Assembly: GCA_035285545.1 (NCBI GenBank)
Contig: JAYKGY010000105.1
Coordinates: forward strand, 1 to 64,000
Reading direction: 5' to 3'
DNA length: 64,000 nt
Origin: Snowella sp.
GTDB taxonomy: Bacteria > Cyanobacteriota > Cyanobacteriia > Cyanobacteriales > Microcystaceae
Shown: positions 39,701-51,188 of the stretch, in pieces
Numbering within the stretch: position 1 is the stretch's first letter
Layout: every line of letters starts with the position of its first letter
The notes under the pieces: generated by a model
Told to the model about the DNA's origin: nothing
The model's database searches: none
What the model saw: the letters and a program-made list of their open reading frames with translations, nothing else
Program-made: the position numbers and the translations under genes

Positions 39701-41149
39701 GTGACGGTTAGAGTTCGTATTGCTCCCAGCCCAACTGGTAATTTACATATCGGTACTGCTAGAACTGCCGTATTTAATTGGTTATTTGCGCGTCATCATG
39801 GTGGCCAATTTATTCTCCGCGTCGAAGATACCGATTTAGAGCGATCGCGCTCGGAATATACCGAAAACATCCTATCGGGACTGCGTTGGTTGGGCTTAAA
39901 TTGGGATGAAGGCCCATACTTTCAAACCCAACGGTTAGACCATTACAAAAACGCCATTCAAACCCTGCTCGATAACGGTTCCGCCTATCGCTGCTATGTC
40001 ACCTCCGAAGAACTAGACGAAATGCGGGAAAAACAAAAAGCCCAGAACCAAGCCCCCCGCTACGATAATCGCCATCGCAATTTAACGCCAGAACAACAAG
40101 CCGCCTTTGAAGCCGAGGGGAAAAAAGCCGTCATTCGCTTCAAAATTGACGATGATCGAGAAATCGCTTGGAATGACCAGATTCGCGGCAAAATGGTTTG
40201 GAAAGGGAGTGATTTAGGGGGAGATATGGTTATCGCTCGGACTCCCGAAAAAGAAGGGGATGCCTTCGGTCAACCGTTATACAATCTGGCTGTCGTAGTG
40301 GATGACATTGATATGACCATTACCCACGTTATTCGGGGTGAAGACCATATTGCCAATACCGCAAAACAGATTTTACTTTACGAAGCCCTGGGCGCAAAGG
40401 TTCCCGAATTTGCCCACACCCCCTTAATTCTCAACAAAGAAGGCAAAAAACTCTCGAAACGGGATGGGGTAACCTCTATTGATGATTTCAAAAAAATGGG
40501 TTTCCTGCCAGCCGCGATCGCCAACTACATGACCCTACTCGGTTGGACAGCCCCCGACTCTACCCAGGAAATCTTTACCCTTGCCCAAGCCGCCGAAGTC
40601 TTCAGCCTAGAGCGAGTCAACAAAGCCGGAGCTAAATTCGATTGGGATAAATTGGATTGGATCAATAGCCAATATTTACACCAGCTTCCCGCCAATGAAT
40701 TAACCGATCTCCTCGTTCCCTATTGGCAAGCCGCAGGATTTGAAATTGATCTAGACCGCGATCGCGCCTGGTTAGAACCCTTAGCTGCCCTCATTGGGCC
40801 GAGTTTAACCCGTTTAACGGATGCGGAAAAAGAAAGCCACTTACTGTTTGGGGAATCCATCGAATTTCAAGCCGATGCTGTTCACCAACTGCAACAAGCA
40901 GGTGCCAAAGATGTCTTAAACAGTGTTTTAGATGTCATCAATTCAGGTAATGCTTTAACCGAAGACACGGCCAAAGCGCAGATCAACCAAATCACCAAAA
41001 CCCTGGGCGTGAAAAAAGGTGTGGTCATGAAATCCCTACGGGCAGGCTTAATGGGCGCATTACAAGGCCCTGATTTAATTCAATCCTGGGTTTTACTAAA
41101 TCAAAAAGGTTGGGACAAAACCCGCCTCAACCAAGCCTTAGCTCAATAA
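39701..41149 (+). CDS. gltX: Glutamate--tRNA ligase
   Basis: [23 protein letters not shown]. Confidence 0.97.
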   Translation: MTVRVRIAPSPTGNLHIGTARTAVFNWLFARHHGGQFILRVEDTDLERSRSEYTENILSGLRWLGLNWDEGPYFQTQRLDHYKNAIQTLLDNGSAYRCYVTSEELDEMREKQKAQNQAPRYDNRHRNLTPEQQAAFEAEGKKAVIRFKIDDDREIAWNDQIRGKMVWKGSDLGGDMVIARTPEKEGDAFGQPLYNLAVVVDDIDMTITHVIRGEDHIANTAKQILLYEALGAKVPEFAHTPLILNKEGKKLSKRDGVTSIDDFKKMGFLPAAIANYMTLLGWTAPDSTQEIFTLAQAAEVFSLERVNKAGAKFDWDKLDWINSQYLHQLPANELTDLLVPYWQAAGFEIDLDRDRAWLEPLAALIGPSLTRLTDAEKESHLLFGESIEFQADAVHQLQQAGAKDVLNSVLDVINSGNALTEDTAKAQINQITKTLGVKKGVVMKSLRAGLMGALQGPDLIQSWVLLNQKGWDKTRLNQALAQ

Positions 41150-41172
41150 CTTGTTTGGAGAATCGTTAAAGG

Positions 41173-41203
41173 AAAGTCCCCCAGAATTGGGGGATTTAGG
41201 GGC
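41173..41203. repeat. Cyanobacterial small dispersed palindromic repeat / bidirectional hairpin
   Basis: TCCCCCAGAATTGGGGGATTTAGGGGC between convergent gltX and clpP. Confidence 0.7.
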
Positions 41204-41224
41204 TTTTAATTAGTCAATGAAGCT

Positions 41225-41821
41225 TTACACAGGGTTAGAAGCAGAAGGACGACGGTTAATGACTTGATCGATTAAGCCGTAATCTTTGGCATCTTCGGCT
41301 GACATAAAGAAATCGCGCTCGGTATCTTCGGCAATTTTGTCTAGGGGTTGACCCGTATGACTAGCTAAGTGATTATTGAGCAGACCTTTCAGATAAAGAA
41401 TTTCCTTAGCTTGAATTTCGATATCAGTTGCTTGACCCTGCGCGCCGCCCAGGGGTTGGTGAATCATAATACGGGAATTGGGAAGGCTCATACGTTTGCC
41501 CTTTGCTCCTGCACTCAGCAGAAATGCGCCCATACTCGCAGCAAGACCAATACAAATGGTGCTGACATCGGGACGGATCTGGTTCATGGTGTCAAAAATG
41601 CCCAATCCTGCCGAAACTGACCCTCCTGGGGAGTTGATATAAAGATAAATATCTTTTTCGGGGTCTTCTGCTTCTAGGAACAGTAATTGCGCCACCACTA
41701 AGTTTGCTGTGTCATCCCGTACTTCTTGCCCTAAAAAGACAATCCGTTCCCGCAACAGACGAGAGTAAATATCAAAGGCGCGATCGCCGCGACCAGACGT
41801 TTCAATAACGGTAGGAATCAT
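41225..41821 (-). CDS. clpP: ATP-dependent Clp protease proteolytic subunit
   Basis: [35 protein letters not shown]. Confidence 0.97.
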   Translation of the reverse strand: MIPTVIETSGRGDRAFDIYSRLLRERIVFLGQEVRDDTANLVVAQLLFLEAEDPEKDIYLYINSPGGSVSAGLGIFDTMNQIRPDVSTICIGLAASMGAFLLSAGAKGKRMSLPNSRIMIHQPLGGAQGQATDIEIQAKEILYLKGLLNNHLASHTGQPLDKIAEDTERDFFMSAEDAKDYGLIDQVINRRPSASNPV

Positions 41822-42052
41822 GGAGAGTCAATTTATCCAATCGGGTTTCCTTGATTGTGCCATATTCTTTGAACCTACCGCTACCTTGGCCCTGAGATAC
41901 GTCAAGATTCGAGCGAATATACAGCGGAAAACAAAATTCTGCTGGGTTCTAGTGACAGTCACCAGCCGAAAGGACAAAAACAGGTGACGGAGGCTTTAGG
42001 GTTCGTGAAATGGCGGGTTTAAAGCATTCATATTGATTAAACCAGTAAAAAA

Positions 42053-42406
42053 TCAACGTTTCCACCAAACTAAACCTAAAACAATTAAAGCAGGAACCGT
42101 TTGTAAAATTAACGTCGTTGGTCTCAGGGTAAAAGCCCCAAAAACGCCTGCAATAATCACACAACTGAGAAAGAAATAACGGAGTGCTAGGGATTGTTTC
42201 GCAGCCAAAGCGGCCCATACTAATCCGGCAGCAATAAAACTGTTATAAATTCCTGCATTTTGGACAATAGGCTCAGCTTGTTGGGCAACTTCTGGGGGAA
42301 AATCAAGCCGTTTTTCTAAGAAATAAGCACCAAAGAAAATTTCGGCGATCGCCAATCCGAAATGAATAACGGCAATCAAGAGAACCCCTAAGCGAGTGAT
42401 ATTCAT
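42053..42406 (-). CDS. DUF1304-family four-TM membrane protein
   Basis: H...A.AE, QNAGIYNSFIAAGL, AGVFGAFT, LQTVPA; AAGGAG RBS. Confidence 0.85.
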   Translation of the reverse strand: MNITRLGVLLIAVIHFGLAIAEIFFGAYFLEKRLDFPPEVAQQAEPIVQNAGIYNSFIAAGLVWAALAAKQSLALRYFFLSCVIIAGVFGAFTLRPTTLILQTVPALIVLGLVWWKR

Positions 42407-42469
42407 GATTTTCTCCTTTTTAGCAGCAATAATCGATAGCTACTACTGTATAGGATGTTTTCTGCTCTA

Positions 42470-42690
42470 ATCGGTCGGAAAAAAGTCTGATCTTTGGAAT
42501 ATCGGTTTTTATCGGAAAAAGTCGGAAAGTCGTGTTTTGAAGCTCAATATCATCAGGAAGCCTACTAGCAAGCCCAATTGCAATTAATATACTCAACCCC
42601 TATACCTTTGTTGCTCAGAAAACGGTCTAGTTTTTCATAACAGTTTTTCTGATTGACTGAATATCGGTTTTTGGGGGAAAAAGTGGGGAA
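42470..42690. promoter_or_regulatory. Two blocks of 10-bp-phased RTCGGWWWWW direct repeats (putative operators)
   Basis: ATCGGTTTTT-ATCGGAAAAA-GTCGGAAAGT at 42501-42530; imperfect second block ATCGGTTTTT-GGGGGAAAAA-GTGGGGAA at 42663-42690; extra TCGG at 42471 and 42475. Confidence 0.6.
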
Positions 42691-42774
42691 TTGCTGGCTA
42701 GAGCTAAACCACTATAAAGAATCCTCTATTATTAACTCAAGATCTGAATCTATGTATCTATCGGTACTCGCTTT

Positions 42775-45700
42775 ATGGACATTCAAACTGCGTTGGTCTG
42801 GTTAGAAAAAACCCTTGCGCCTCAAAGTCTGAATAAAATTCAGAGATTAGTGTTAGAAGAAACGCTAAAAGGCTCGTCCTATAAGGTGATGGCTGATCAG
42901 CACAATTACGCTGAGGGGTATCTCAAAGATACGGGATCGCAATTATGGGAAATGTTATCCAAAGCGATCGGTCAGCCGATCAATAAGCAAAATTTAAGGG
43001 GTTTTCTCTATCAGGTAGAACTGGAAACGGAATCCCAAAAGCGAGTTGATTGGGGAGACGCGATTGATGTGAGTTTTTTTTATGGTCGAGAGCAGGAACG
43101 GGAACTCTTAACACAATGGATCATTCGCGATCGCTGTCGTTTGGTGGGGATCTTTGCCTTTGGGGGAACGGGAAAAACGTCCTTATCGGTAAAAATTGCT
43201 CAGGAATTAGAAGCCCAATTTGATGCTATTTTCTGGCGAAGTTTACGGGATGCGCCCCCTTTAAGTGAACTATTACCAACTTTATTGAAATTTTTAGCCC
43301 AAGATCTCAACTTTAAAGTTCCCGACACCTTATCGGAGCAAACCAAAAGCTTAATTCAATTTCTACAAAAGCAAAAAACGTTAATTGTTTTAGATAATTT
43401 TGATGCCTTATTTTCAGTTAATAAAAAAGCCTCTCATTATCGAGCAGACTATGAAAATTATGGAGACTGGTTAACTCAGTTAGGTGAAGTCATTCACCAA
43501 AGTTGTATTTTATTAACTTCCCGTGAAAAACCAGTTGAAATCACTGCCCTAGAAGGCGATCGCTTACCCGTCAGAAGTTTAAACTTAAAAGGATTAGATT
43601 ATAACTCAGGACAAATCCTATTACAGAATAAGGGACTCGTACTCAGCCTAGAAAATGCTCAAAAAATCATTGATCGCTATCAAGGGAATCCCTTAGCCTT
43701 AAAGATTACAGCAACTGCCGTTCAAAATTTATTGGGGGCTGATATACAAAGCATTGTGTCCGAACAGGTTGCGGTTTTTACCGGAATTAGTAGCTTAATT
43801 GATAAACAAATCCAGCGTTTAAGTCATTTAGAAAAATCCCTGATGTTTTGGATTGCCATTAACCGAGATCCCATCACGTTAGAAGATTTAAAGCAAGATA
43901 TTTTTCCCTCTATTACCCTATCGACTTTATTAGAAACCTTAGAATCTTTGCAAAGACGGTCTTTGGTAGAAGGAAGTCAGTTGGGAATTACGCAACAGCC
44001 CGTGATTATGGAGTTTGTTACGGAGCAATTTATTCAGCAGATTAGCCAGGAAATTATTACTAAAAAGTTAGATTTTTTGCGTACTCATTCCTTAATTAAA
44101 GCAACGAGTAAGGATTATATTCGAGAAAGTCAATCCCGTGTTATTTTAATTCCGATTATTAATAATTTATTCCTCCACTTTGATACCCAATCAGCGATTC
44201 AAAATCATTTAACGCATCTAATCCAGGTTTTACAAACTCACTATAGGACGGAAAGTAATTATGCCGCAGGAAATTTATTTAATCTTTTACGGCAACTCAA
44301 AATTGATCTAACGAATTATGATTTCTCCCAACTGACCCTCCGTCAAGCCTATCTTCAAGACACCAATTTACCTGGGGTTAATTTTTCAGATTCAGAATTA
44401 AAAGATTGCGTTTTAGCCGAAACCTTTGGTGGAATTACCTGCGTTACCTTTAGTCAGGATGGAGCCTGGCTTGCCACCAGTGATACGAATGGAGAATTAC
44501 AAATTTGGGATAGTCGCAATTTCCAACAATTAACCCGTTGCCAAGGACATATTCATTGGGTTTGGTCAGTTTGCTTTAGCCGCGATCGCGCTCTCTTGGC
44601 CAGTGGGGGGCAGGATCAAACCGTCCGACTGTGGGATACCTATACGGGGCAAAGTTTACAGGTTTTAACGGGACATCAGGGAATTGTCACTTCCGTTGCC
44701 ATGAGTCCGGATGATCAAATGTTGGCCAGTAGCAGTCAGGATCAGACGGTGAAATTATGGAAACTCAAAACGGGAGAATGTTGGCAAACGTTAGCAGGTC
44801 ATCAAGGTTGCGTTTGGTCGGTGAAATTTAGTCCCGATGGTCAGACGGTATTCACTGCCTCAGAAGATGGTACGGTGAAACAATGGCAGGTTGCTACGGG
44901 GAAATGTCTCCAAACCTTTACGGGTCATGACTATTGGGTCTGGTCGGTAGCGGTTAGCCCGGATGGCCAGTATTTAGCCAGTAGCAGTTTTGATCGCACG
45001 ATTCGGCTGTGGGATTTGGTATCAGGGGAATGTGTGCAAATTTTACGGGGACATACCCAACCCATAACGGCGATCGCCTTTAGTCCTGAGGGAAAACGTT
45101 TAGCCAGTGCCAGTTACGACCAAACCGTAAGACTCTGGGAGATTCCAACAGGGGATTGTCAGCAAATCCTCGCCAAACATAGCAGCCGAGTCTGGTCAGT
45201 CGCCTTTCATCCCGATGGGCAACGTTTAGTGAGTGGGGGCGATGATCATGCCACTTGCATTTGGCAACTGCGTTCAGGGGATTGTGTGAAAACCATTAAG
45301 GGTCATAGTAATTGTGTTTACTCGCTGGCCTTAAGTCCTGATGGAAAGACCCTCGCGACTGCCCACGAAAGCCAAGTGATTAATCTCTGGGATGTGCAAG
45401 ATCCCCAGGTTCCGCCTCACTTACTGCAAACCTTACGAGGTCATCACAATCGCATTTTTTCGGTCATCTTTAGCCTCGATGGGGAAATGGTGATCAGTAG
45501 TAGCGGCGATCGCACCATTAAAATTTGGCAACGCAGTACGGGGAGATGTTTACAAACCCTAGAAGGGCATCAAAGTTGGGTGTGGTCAGTGGCAATCAGC
45601 CCTAATGGTCAAACCCTAGCCAGTGGCAGTTACGATCACACGATTAAACTCTGGGATCTGGCTTCAGGAAAGAATATCGCCACCTTATTGGGCCATCCCA

Positions 45701-46290
45701 GTTCGATTCTGGTCGTAAAATTTAGCCCTGACGGTCGGATCTTAGCCAGCGGGGGCTACGATCAAGTGATTAAACTATGGGATCTAGAAACCCAAACCTG
45801 TTGCCAAACCCTCAATGCTCACGGTAACCGCGTTTGGAGTCTCGACTTTAGCCCCAGTGGTGACTATTTAGCGACGGCGGGGGATGATGGGATATTGAAA
45901 CTCTGGGATTGGCAAACGGGAGAGTGCTTACAGACACTGAAGAGTCACAGCAGTCAGGTGTTAACAGTTCGATTTTTGGACACTGAGCATCTGTTGAGTT
46001 GTAGCGGCGACAATACCATTAAATATTGGCAACTTTCGACAGGAGAATGCCTTGCGACGTTTACGGGGCATGAAAATTGGGTCTGGTCGATTCAACCCCA
46101 TCCTGATCAGGTGCGACTTTTTAGTGGTAGCAATGACGAAATGATCAAGGTTTGGAATTTAACAGAAAATAACTGTCAGCACAGTGTACGAATGTCCCGT
46201 CCCTATGAAAATTTAATGATTAGGAATATTCGGGGTTTAACCGATGCTCAACGGGCGACGCTTTTAGCCCTGGGAGCCAAAGAAAAATAA
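42775..46290 (+). CDS. HTH-like + NB-ARC (STAND) + WD40 repeat protein
   Basis: N-terminal G.SY..MA....Y..GYLKD.GSQLW..LS...G..I.K.N; FYGRE; GGTGKTS; IVLDN; TSRE; GNPLAL; ~14 WD40 repeats; PYE...I..GLT.AQ..TL.ALGA tail. Confidence 0.93.
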   Translation: MDIQTALVWLEKTLAPQSLNKIQRLVLEETLKGSSYKVMADQHNYAEGYLKDTGSQLWEMLSKAIGQPINKQNLRGFLYQVELETESQKRVDWGDAIDVSFFYGREQERELLTQWIIRDRCRLVGIFAFGGTGKTSLSVKIAQELEAQFDAIFWRSLRDAPPLSELLPTLLKFLAQDLNFKVPDTLSEQTKSLIQFLQKQKTLIVLDNFDALFSVNKKASHYRADYENYGDWLTQLGEVIHQSCILLTSREKPVEITALEGDRLPVRSLNLKGLDYNSGQILLQNKGLVLSLENAQKIIDRYQGNPLALKITATAVQNLLGADIQSIVSEQVAVFTGISSLIDKQIQRLSHLEKSLMFWIAINRDPITLEDLKQDIFPSITLSTLLETLESLQRRSLVEGSQLGITQQPVIMEFVTEQFIQQISQEIITKKLDFLRTHSLIKATSKDYIRESQSRVILIPIINNLFLHFDTQSAIQNHLTHLIQVLQTHYRTESNYAAGNLFNLLRQLKIDLTNYDFSQLTLRQAYLQDTNLPGVNFSDSELKDCVLAETFGGITCVTFSQDGAWLATSDTNGELQIWDSRNFQQLTRCQGHIHWVWSVCFSRDRALLASGGQDQTVRLWDTYTGQSLQVLTGHQGIVTSVAMSPDDQMLASSSQDQTVKLWKLKTGECWQTLAGHQGCVWSVKFSPDGQTVFTASEDGTVKQWQVATGKCLQTFTGHDYWVWSVAVSPDGQYLASSSFDRTIRLWDLVSGECVQILRGHTQPITAIAFSPEGKRLASASYDQTVRLWEIPTGDCQQILAKHSSRVWSVAFHPDGQRLVSGGDDHATCIWQLRSGDCVKTIKGHSNCVYSLALSPDGKTLATAHESQVINLWDVQDPQVPPHLLQTLRGHHNRIFSVIFSLDGEMVISSSGDRTIKIWQRSTGRCLQTLEGHQSWVWSVAISPNGQTLASGSYDHTIKLWDLASGKNIATLLGHPSSILVVKFSPDGRILASGGYDQVIKLWDLETQTCCQTLNAHGNRVWSLDFSPSGDYLATAGDDGILKLWDWQTGECLQTLKSHSSQVLTVRFLDTEHLLSCSGDNTIKYWQLSTGECLATFTGHENWVWSIQPHPDQVRLFSGSNDEMIKVWNLTENNCQHSVRMSRPYENLMIRNIRGLTDAQRATLLALGAKEK

Positions 46291-46580
46291 TCAATTATTT
46301 TGATAAATGCTTAAACCTTCTCAGGTCAGGATTTTTTTAGAATTAGAATATCATCCCCCTTTTTAAGATTTCCGCCGTCTCCTAGTTGCGTCTTTTGAAT
46401 CTTGATGAGAAGCTGATAACAAATTCAACAGAACACATTTAGCGAATCCCTCTGCCTATGGCTTCTCTCCTTTGAAAAAAGCTAGGGGGATAATATTGAG
46501 AATCCTATTGGCATATAAATCAAATTAATTGGGTATTAGTAATACTTTATGGTTTCATTTTTAGGTAGAATGGCTATTTT

Positions 46581-48032
46581 ATGATTTCCTCGTTTAATTC
46601 TATATACTTGCAGCAAAATCATACAGAGGATAAAAGGCTTAAAACGATAGTTATAGATGGTGTTTTTTTTCAAATTCATCAAACCGGAATTGCTCGTGTT
46701 TGGCGATCGCTGTTAGAAGAATGGCAAAAATCAGGATTTGCCCGCCATATTGTGGTGTTAGACCGCAATCAAACTGCCCCTAAATTTGAAGGAATCCGCT
46801 ATTATTCCATTCCTGCCTATGGATTTCATGAAGCTGCTTTAGAATGCAAACGATTACAAAAAGTTTGTGATCAAGTAAATGCTGATTTATTTCTCTCAAC
46901 TTATTATACAACGCCAATTTTTACACCTTCTATCTTGATGGTTCATGATATGATCCCTGAAGTGATTGGGCTAGATTTAACGGAATTATGTTGGCAAGAA
47001 AAACATTATTCTATTCTTCATGCGGCTAAATATATCGCAGTTTCTCACAATACAGCGAAAGATTTAATCCGATTTTATCCTCATATTACGAAAAATTTAA
47101 TTTATGTTATTAATAATGGAATCGATCAAGGCTTTTATCCCCAAAATATTGATAGTATCGAAAATTTCAAAATACGATTTAATATTCAGCTTCCCTATTT
47201 TATTTTAGTCGGGTTCCGCTTAGGTTTAAAAAACTATAAAAATACCATTCTTTTATTTAATGCGTTAAAACATCATTTCATCAAAGATATTGCCATTGTC
47301 TGTGTGGGAGGGGAGCCTGAACTAGAACCTGAGTTGGGTTCATTATTAACAGACATTCCTGTTTATTTATTATCCTTAACTGAAGAAGACTTAAGAGCAG
47401 CCTATTCAGGCGCGATCGCGTTAATTTATCCATCTTTATATGAAGGGTTTGGGCTACCGATTGTAGAGGCGATGGCCTGTGGTTGTCCGGTGATCACTTG
47501 CCGTAATTCGTCCTTACCGGAAGTTGCAGGCGATGCGGCTTTATACGTGGATGAGTACGATGTTAACGAGATGATAACGGCCTTGAAGCAAGTTCAAATC
47601 CCTGAAGTTCGTCAAAAAATGATTGCAGAAGGATTAAAGCAAGCACAAAAGTTTTCTTGGTCAAAAATGGCAGACGCGATCGCAAAGCTTTGTTTAGAAA
47701 CGGTGCAAGAATTTAGGGAAAATCCTTACAAAAATGCTCAAGGAAATTTGATCTGGCAAGAATTTAGACAATTACAAATCGAGCAACAAGAACAAGCAAG
47801 TTTAGCGGAACAAAAAATTCAATCGTTAGAAGAAACTATTAATCAATTACAGCAACAATGCCAAGATTCATTACAAAAAACTGAAGAATTAAACCGAAAA
47901 ATCATTAATGTATCGCCTTTAAAATCAAAAATTAAAAAACTTTTGAAGTATGTAATTAGTCAATTTGGGATAGATCCGCATCAGATAAAAACTATTTTTA
48001 AGAAAAATCTACAAAAAAGAAAAGAGCCTTGA
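46581..48032 (+). CDS. GT4 glycosyltransferase with C-terminal coiled coil
   Basis: [34 protein letters not shown]-rich tail. Confidence 0.9.
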   Translation: MISSFNSIYLQQNHTEDKRLKTIVIDGVFFQIHQTGIARVWRSLLEEWQKSGFARHIVVLDRNQTAPKFEGIRYYSIPAYGFHEAALECKRLQKVCDQVNADLFLSTYYTTPIFTPSILMVHDMIPEVIGLDLTELCWQEKHYSILHAAKYIAVSHNTAKDLIRFYPHITKNLIYVINNGIDQGFYPQNIDSIENFKIRFNIQLPYFILVGFRLGLKNYKNTILLFNALKHHFIKDIAIVCVGGEPELEPELGSLLTDIPVYLLSLTEEDLRAAYSGAIALIYPSLYEGFGLPIVEAMACGCPVITCRNSSLPEVAGDAALYVDEYDVNEMITALKQVQIPEVRQKMIAEGLKQAQKFSWSKMADAIAKLCLETVQEFRENPYKNAQGNLIWQEFRQLQIEQQEQASLAEQKIQSLEETINQLQQQCQDSLQKTEELNRKIINVSPLKSKIKKLLKYVISQFGIDPHQIKTIFKKNLQKRKEP

Positions 48033-48152
48033 AAAAGATACGTTTATTAAATTTTAAACAATTAGCCGATTTTATTGAACATTAAATAAAAAGTATTCAA
48101 GCTCCCTTTACAATATAAATGAATAATTTCTCAATTTTTCAAAACAACCTTA

Positions 48153-49415
48153 ATGCAATCTGTTGATATTCTCATTCTGTCTAATGGGCCTGGCGAAATT
48201 ACAACTTGGGTGCGTCCTGTCGTAACAGCCTTACGCCATCAATTGGGAACGGATTCGACAGCAGTAAGAATTTCCGTGATCCTTTCTCCTTGCCCCCATG
48301 CGACGGGTAAAGAAGCCGCGATCGCCGCGAGTTATCCAGAAGTGGATCGGGTACAAAGCAGTGAACATTTCTTTGATTTTTTACTGTGGGGGAAAACGGC
48401 AGAAAACTGGGATTGGAGAGAAACGGGAGTCGTTTTATTTTTAGGGGGAGATCAGGTTTTTCCCCTGGTAATCGGGAAACGCTTGGGGTATCGCACCGTG
48501 ATCTATGCCGAGTGGGAAGCCCGCTGGTATCGGTGGGTTGATGCCTTTGGGGTGATGAATGAGTCGGTTTGGCAAAACGTTCCAGAAAATTATCGACACA
48601 AATTAACGATAACGGGAGACTTGATGGCGGATGTTTCCCAATCCTCAATTCAGGCAGATCCCCATTTTCCCATCATTGGTTTGTTACCCGGATCGAAAGC
48701 CGGAAAACTGACCCAGGGAGTCCCCTTTGTCTTAGCGATCGCCGAAAAAATTGCCCAATGCAAACCCGAAACCCGTTTTATTATCCCCGTTGCGCCGACA
48801 TTAGATCTCGAAACCCTCGCCCGCTATGCCAACCCAGATTTGAACCCATTAGTCAAAAAAATGGGCAATGTGAGCGGAGAATTAGTAATCCAAGCCGAAA
48901 AAGTTCTGATTAAAACGTCAGGCGGCTTAAGCATTGAATTAGTCACCCAATTTCCGGCCCATGAGGTTATCAGTCAATTCACCTTGGCGTTAACAACCGT
49001 TGGAGCCAATACCGCCGAATTGGGTTCGTTAGCCATTCCCATGATTGTATTATTGCCGACTCAACAATTGGATGCCATGCGCTCTTGGGATGGGTTGCCT
49101 GGGGTCTTAGCTCGTCTGCCTGGGGTGGGAACTGCTTTTGCGAAGTTAATTAATGGTTGGATGATTAAACAAAAGCGACTCTATGCCTGGCCCAATATTT
49201 GGGCAAAGTCGGAAATTGTGCCTGAATTAATCGGAGAATTAAAACCTGAAGAAGTCGCAGATAAGGTAATTCATTGGCTCGATCATCCCGACCAGTTAGC
49301 CCAAATCCGCGATCGCCTGATACAAGTACGGGGAAAACCAGGGGCAGCCACCGCGATCGCCAATCTCGTCCAACAGCAATTAACTAGCCCGACAAACCAG
49401 AAGTTTGAAGATTAA
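48153..49415 (+). CDS. lpxB: Cyanobacterial lipid-A-disaccharide synthase-like protein
   Basis: SNGPGE, LLPGSK, TVGANTAELG, AWPNIWA..EIVPEL. Confidence 0.75.
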   Translation: MQSVDILILSNGPGEITTWVRPVVTALRHQLGTDSTAVRISVILSPCPHATGKEAAIAASYPEVDRVQSSEHFFDFLLWGKTAENWDWRETGVVLFLGGDQVFPLVIGKRLGYRTVIYAEWEARWYRWVDAFGVMNESVWQNVPENYRHKLTITGDLMADVSQSSIQADPHFPIIGLLPGSKAGKLTQGVPFVLAIAEKIAQCKPETRFIIPVAPTLDLETLARYANPDLNPLVKKMGNVSGELVIQAEKVLIKTSGGLSIELVTQFPAHEVISQFTLALTTVGANTAELGSLAIPMIVLLPTQQLDAMRSWDGLPGVLARLPGVGTAFAKLINGWMIKQKRLYAWPNIWAKSEIVPELIGELKPEEVADKVIHWLDHPDQLAQIRDRLIQVRGKPGAATAIANLVQQQLTSPTNQKFED

Positions 49416-49546
49416 AAATTAAAGCAGACAGACCCCATAACAGACAAACAAAATCAAGCTCAACCATGACACGGTGAGAACGCTCAATGCTAAGATACCT
49501 CAAGAAATCCCCTTACTTAGCTAATTGAAGCCCTGTAACATTGGTC

Positions 49547-50239
49547 ATGCCATACTCAATCCATCATTTTCTCTCTCGTGGGGGGCGTGCTTTACTCCCA
49601 CTAACCCTTGCCTTCTCCATGACCTTACCGAGTCAGGCGCAAACGGATAGGACAGCGATTTTATTGGCGCAATCTCAACCCAATGCCCAGTCTAGACCGG
49701 CTCCTCAAACCAATCCCCCAGTCATTGACCCCGCTGAGCTTTCCCCTGAACAGATTGATCCCGATGATCCCAATGATTTTCGTCCCCTTAGTCAATCCGA
49801 AAGTTTACTCAGCCTAGCTGCTGGGCAACGGTTGATGAATGAAGCCATCCAAGCCATTAATGCGGAGAGATACGATATTGCCATTGACAAGTTGCAACAG
49901 GCTCGCAAAATTTTTAATCAACTTTCCAATTTTCATCTTCAATTAGCCAATAGTTTTTCAGGGATTGATCCCAAAGTTTTTGAAGCCGAACGCACTGAAG
50001 CCCTCAAAACAGGTCAGGTTCGGGATGATGCGACCTATAAACTCGCCTTGGTTCACCGCGCAAAAAATCAGCCGGAATTAGCGGTTCCTTTATTAATTCA
50101 AGTCATTCGCTCTCAAAACCCGACGACGGATTTAGGACGAAAATCCTATCAACAACTCTATGAGCTAGGATTCGTGGATATTCCCTTTAATCCACCTGGT
50201 TCGGGAACTTCGGGAACACCGACACCCCCCAAGCCATAA
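49547..50239 (+). CDS. Conserved exported TPR-like cyanobacterial protein
   Basis: Signal peptide; FNQLSNF...SFSGID, LVHRAKNQPELAVPLLIQVIRSQ. Confidence 0.8.
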   Translation: MPYSIHHFLSRGGRALLPLTLAFSMTLPSQAQTDRTAILLAQSQPNAQSRPAPQTNPPVIDPAELSPEQIDPDDPNDFRPLSQSESLLSLAAGQRLMNEAIQAINAERYDIAIDKLQQARKIFNQLSNFHLQLANSFSGIDPKVFEAERTEALKTGQVRDDATYKLALVHRAKNQPELAVPLLIQVIRSQNPTTDLGRKSYQQLYELGFVDIPFNPPGSGTSGTPTPPKP

Positions 50240-50411
50240 ATTCAATCCTTACTTGAGTCATCCGTTAGCTATTGTTCGCCCTTGACTAACCAAAGGAATT
50301 CGGTCGTCCGCGATCGCTGATGGACTGAACCAACCATTTGACCTAACCTTCTCTCGGAAAATCGGTCACAATAAATTGCAGTAACTAAAAATTGATTTAC
50401 CGACTCCCTCT

Positions 50412-50669
50412 ATGATTACCCTTAATCAAGTTGAAACCCTAATCAAGACTCAATTGCCTGACGCAAAAGTGATTGTTAATGACTTAGGTGGGGGCGACCA
50501 TCTCGAAGCGGTTGTCGTTTCCTCAGAATTTATCGGCAAAACCCTCATTAAACAGCACCAGCTCGTATACGGAGCCTTAAAAGACGCAATGGCAACGGAA
50601 GCCATCCATGCCCTCGCCTTAAAAACCTATACCCCAGAAGCCTGGCAAGAAGCAGGACAAACCATCTAA
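50412..50669 (+). CDS. bolA: BolA family protein
   Basis: [22 protein letters not shown]. Confidence 0.93.
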   Translation: MITLNQVETLIKTQLPDAKVIVNDLGGGDHLEAVVVSSEFIGKTLIKQHQLVYGALKDAMATEAIHALALKTYTPEAWQEAGQTI

Positions 50670-50746
50670 GGTTAGAATAAAAAAACAATTTTGTTGTTTA
50701 TCTCAATTTAAACGTATTCTTTATTGATTGAGCATCGATCGCCACT

Positions 50747-51085
50747 ATGACCCCATCTACCCTGCCAGAAGACGTGAAAGCCCGTATCGATCAGCTAATT
50801 GCTGACCATAAAATTCTCGTGTTTATGAAAGGCACGAAATTAATGCCTCAGTGCGGCTTTTCTAATAATGTCGTACAGATTTTAAATAGGTTAGGCGTGA
50901 CCTACGAAACAATTGATGTGTTATCGGATTACGAAATTCGCCAAGGAATTAAAGAATATTCCAACTGGCCCACCATTCCCCAGGTCTACATCAACGGAGA
51001 ATTTGTCGGGGGTTCCGACATCATGATTGAAATGTACCAGAATGGAGAATTGCAACAAATGGTCGAAGTGGCTCTCGCTTCCTAG
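50747..51085 (+). CDS. grxD: Monothiol CGFS glutaredoxin
   Basis: [22 protein letters not shown]. Confidence 0.95.
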   Translation: MTPSTLPEDVKARIDQLIADHKILVFMKGTKLMPQCGFSNNVVQILNRLGVTYETIDVLSDYEIRQGIKEYSNWPTIPQVYINGEFVGGSDIMIEMYQNGELQQMVEVALAS

Positions 51086-51126
51086 TCCAAAATTTTAAGT
51101 GGGAAAGTTAAAATCTAAAAAGTTAG

Positions 51127-51165
51127 GGGTAGGCATTTTTTCTCTGTAAGAAACCTACCCTTTTT
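51127..51165 (+). terminator. Hairpin with U-tract between convergent genes
   Basis: GGGTAGG ... CCTACCC followed by TTTTT. Confidence 0.5.
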
Positions 51166-51188
51166 GCTAATCATACACACCGTTCAAG

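Noticed and set aside
41860..42050. Structured ncRNA or riboswitch upstream of clpP (GTCACC...GGTGAC stem)
   Set aside because: Only short stems, with no recognisable family consensus; needs an Infernal/Rfam search.
44400..46200. WD40 repeats as a DGR target or hypervariable near-identical repeat array
   Set aside because: The repeats are diverged at DNA level; no reverse transcriptase or template repeat is present.
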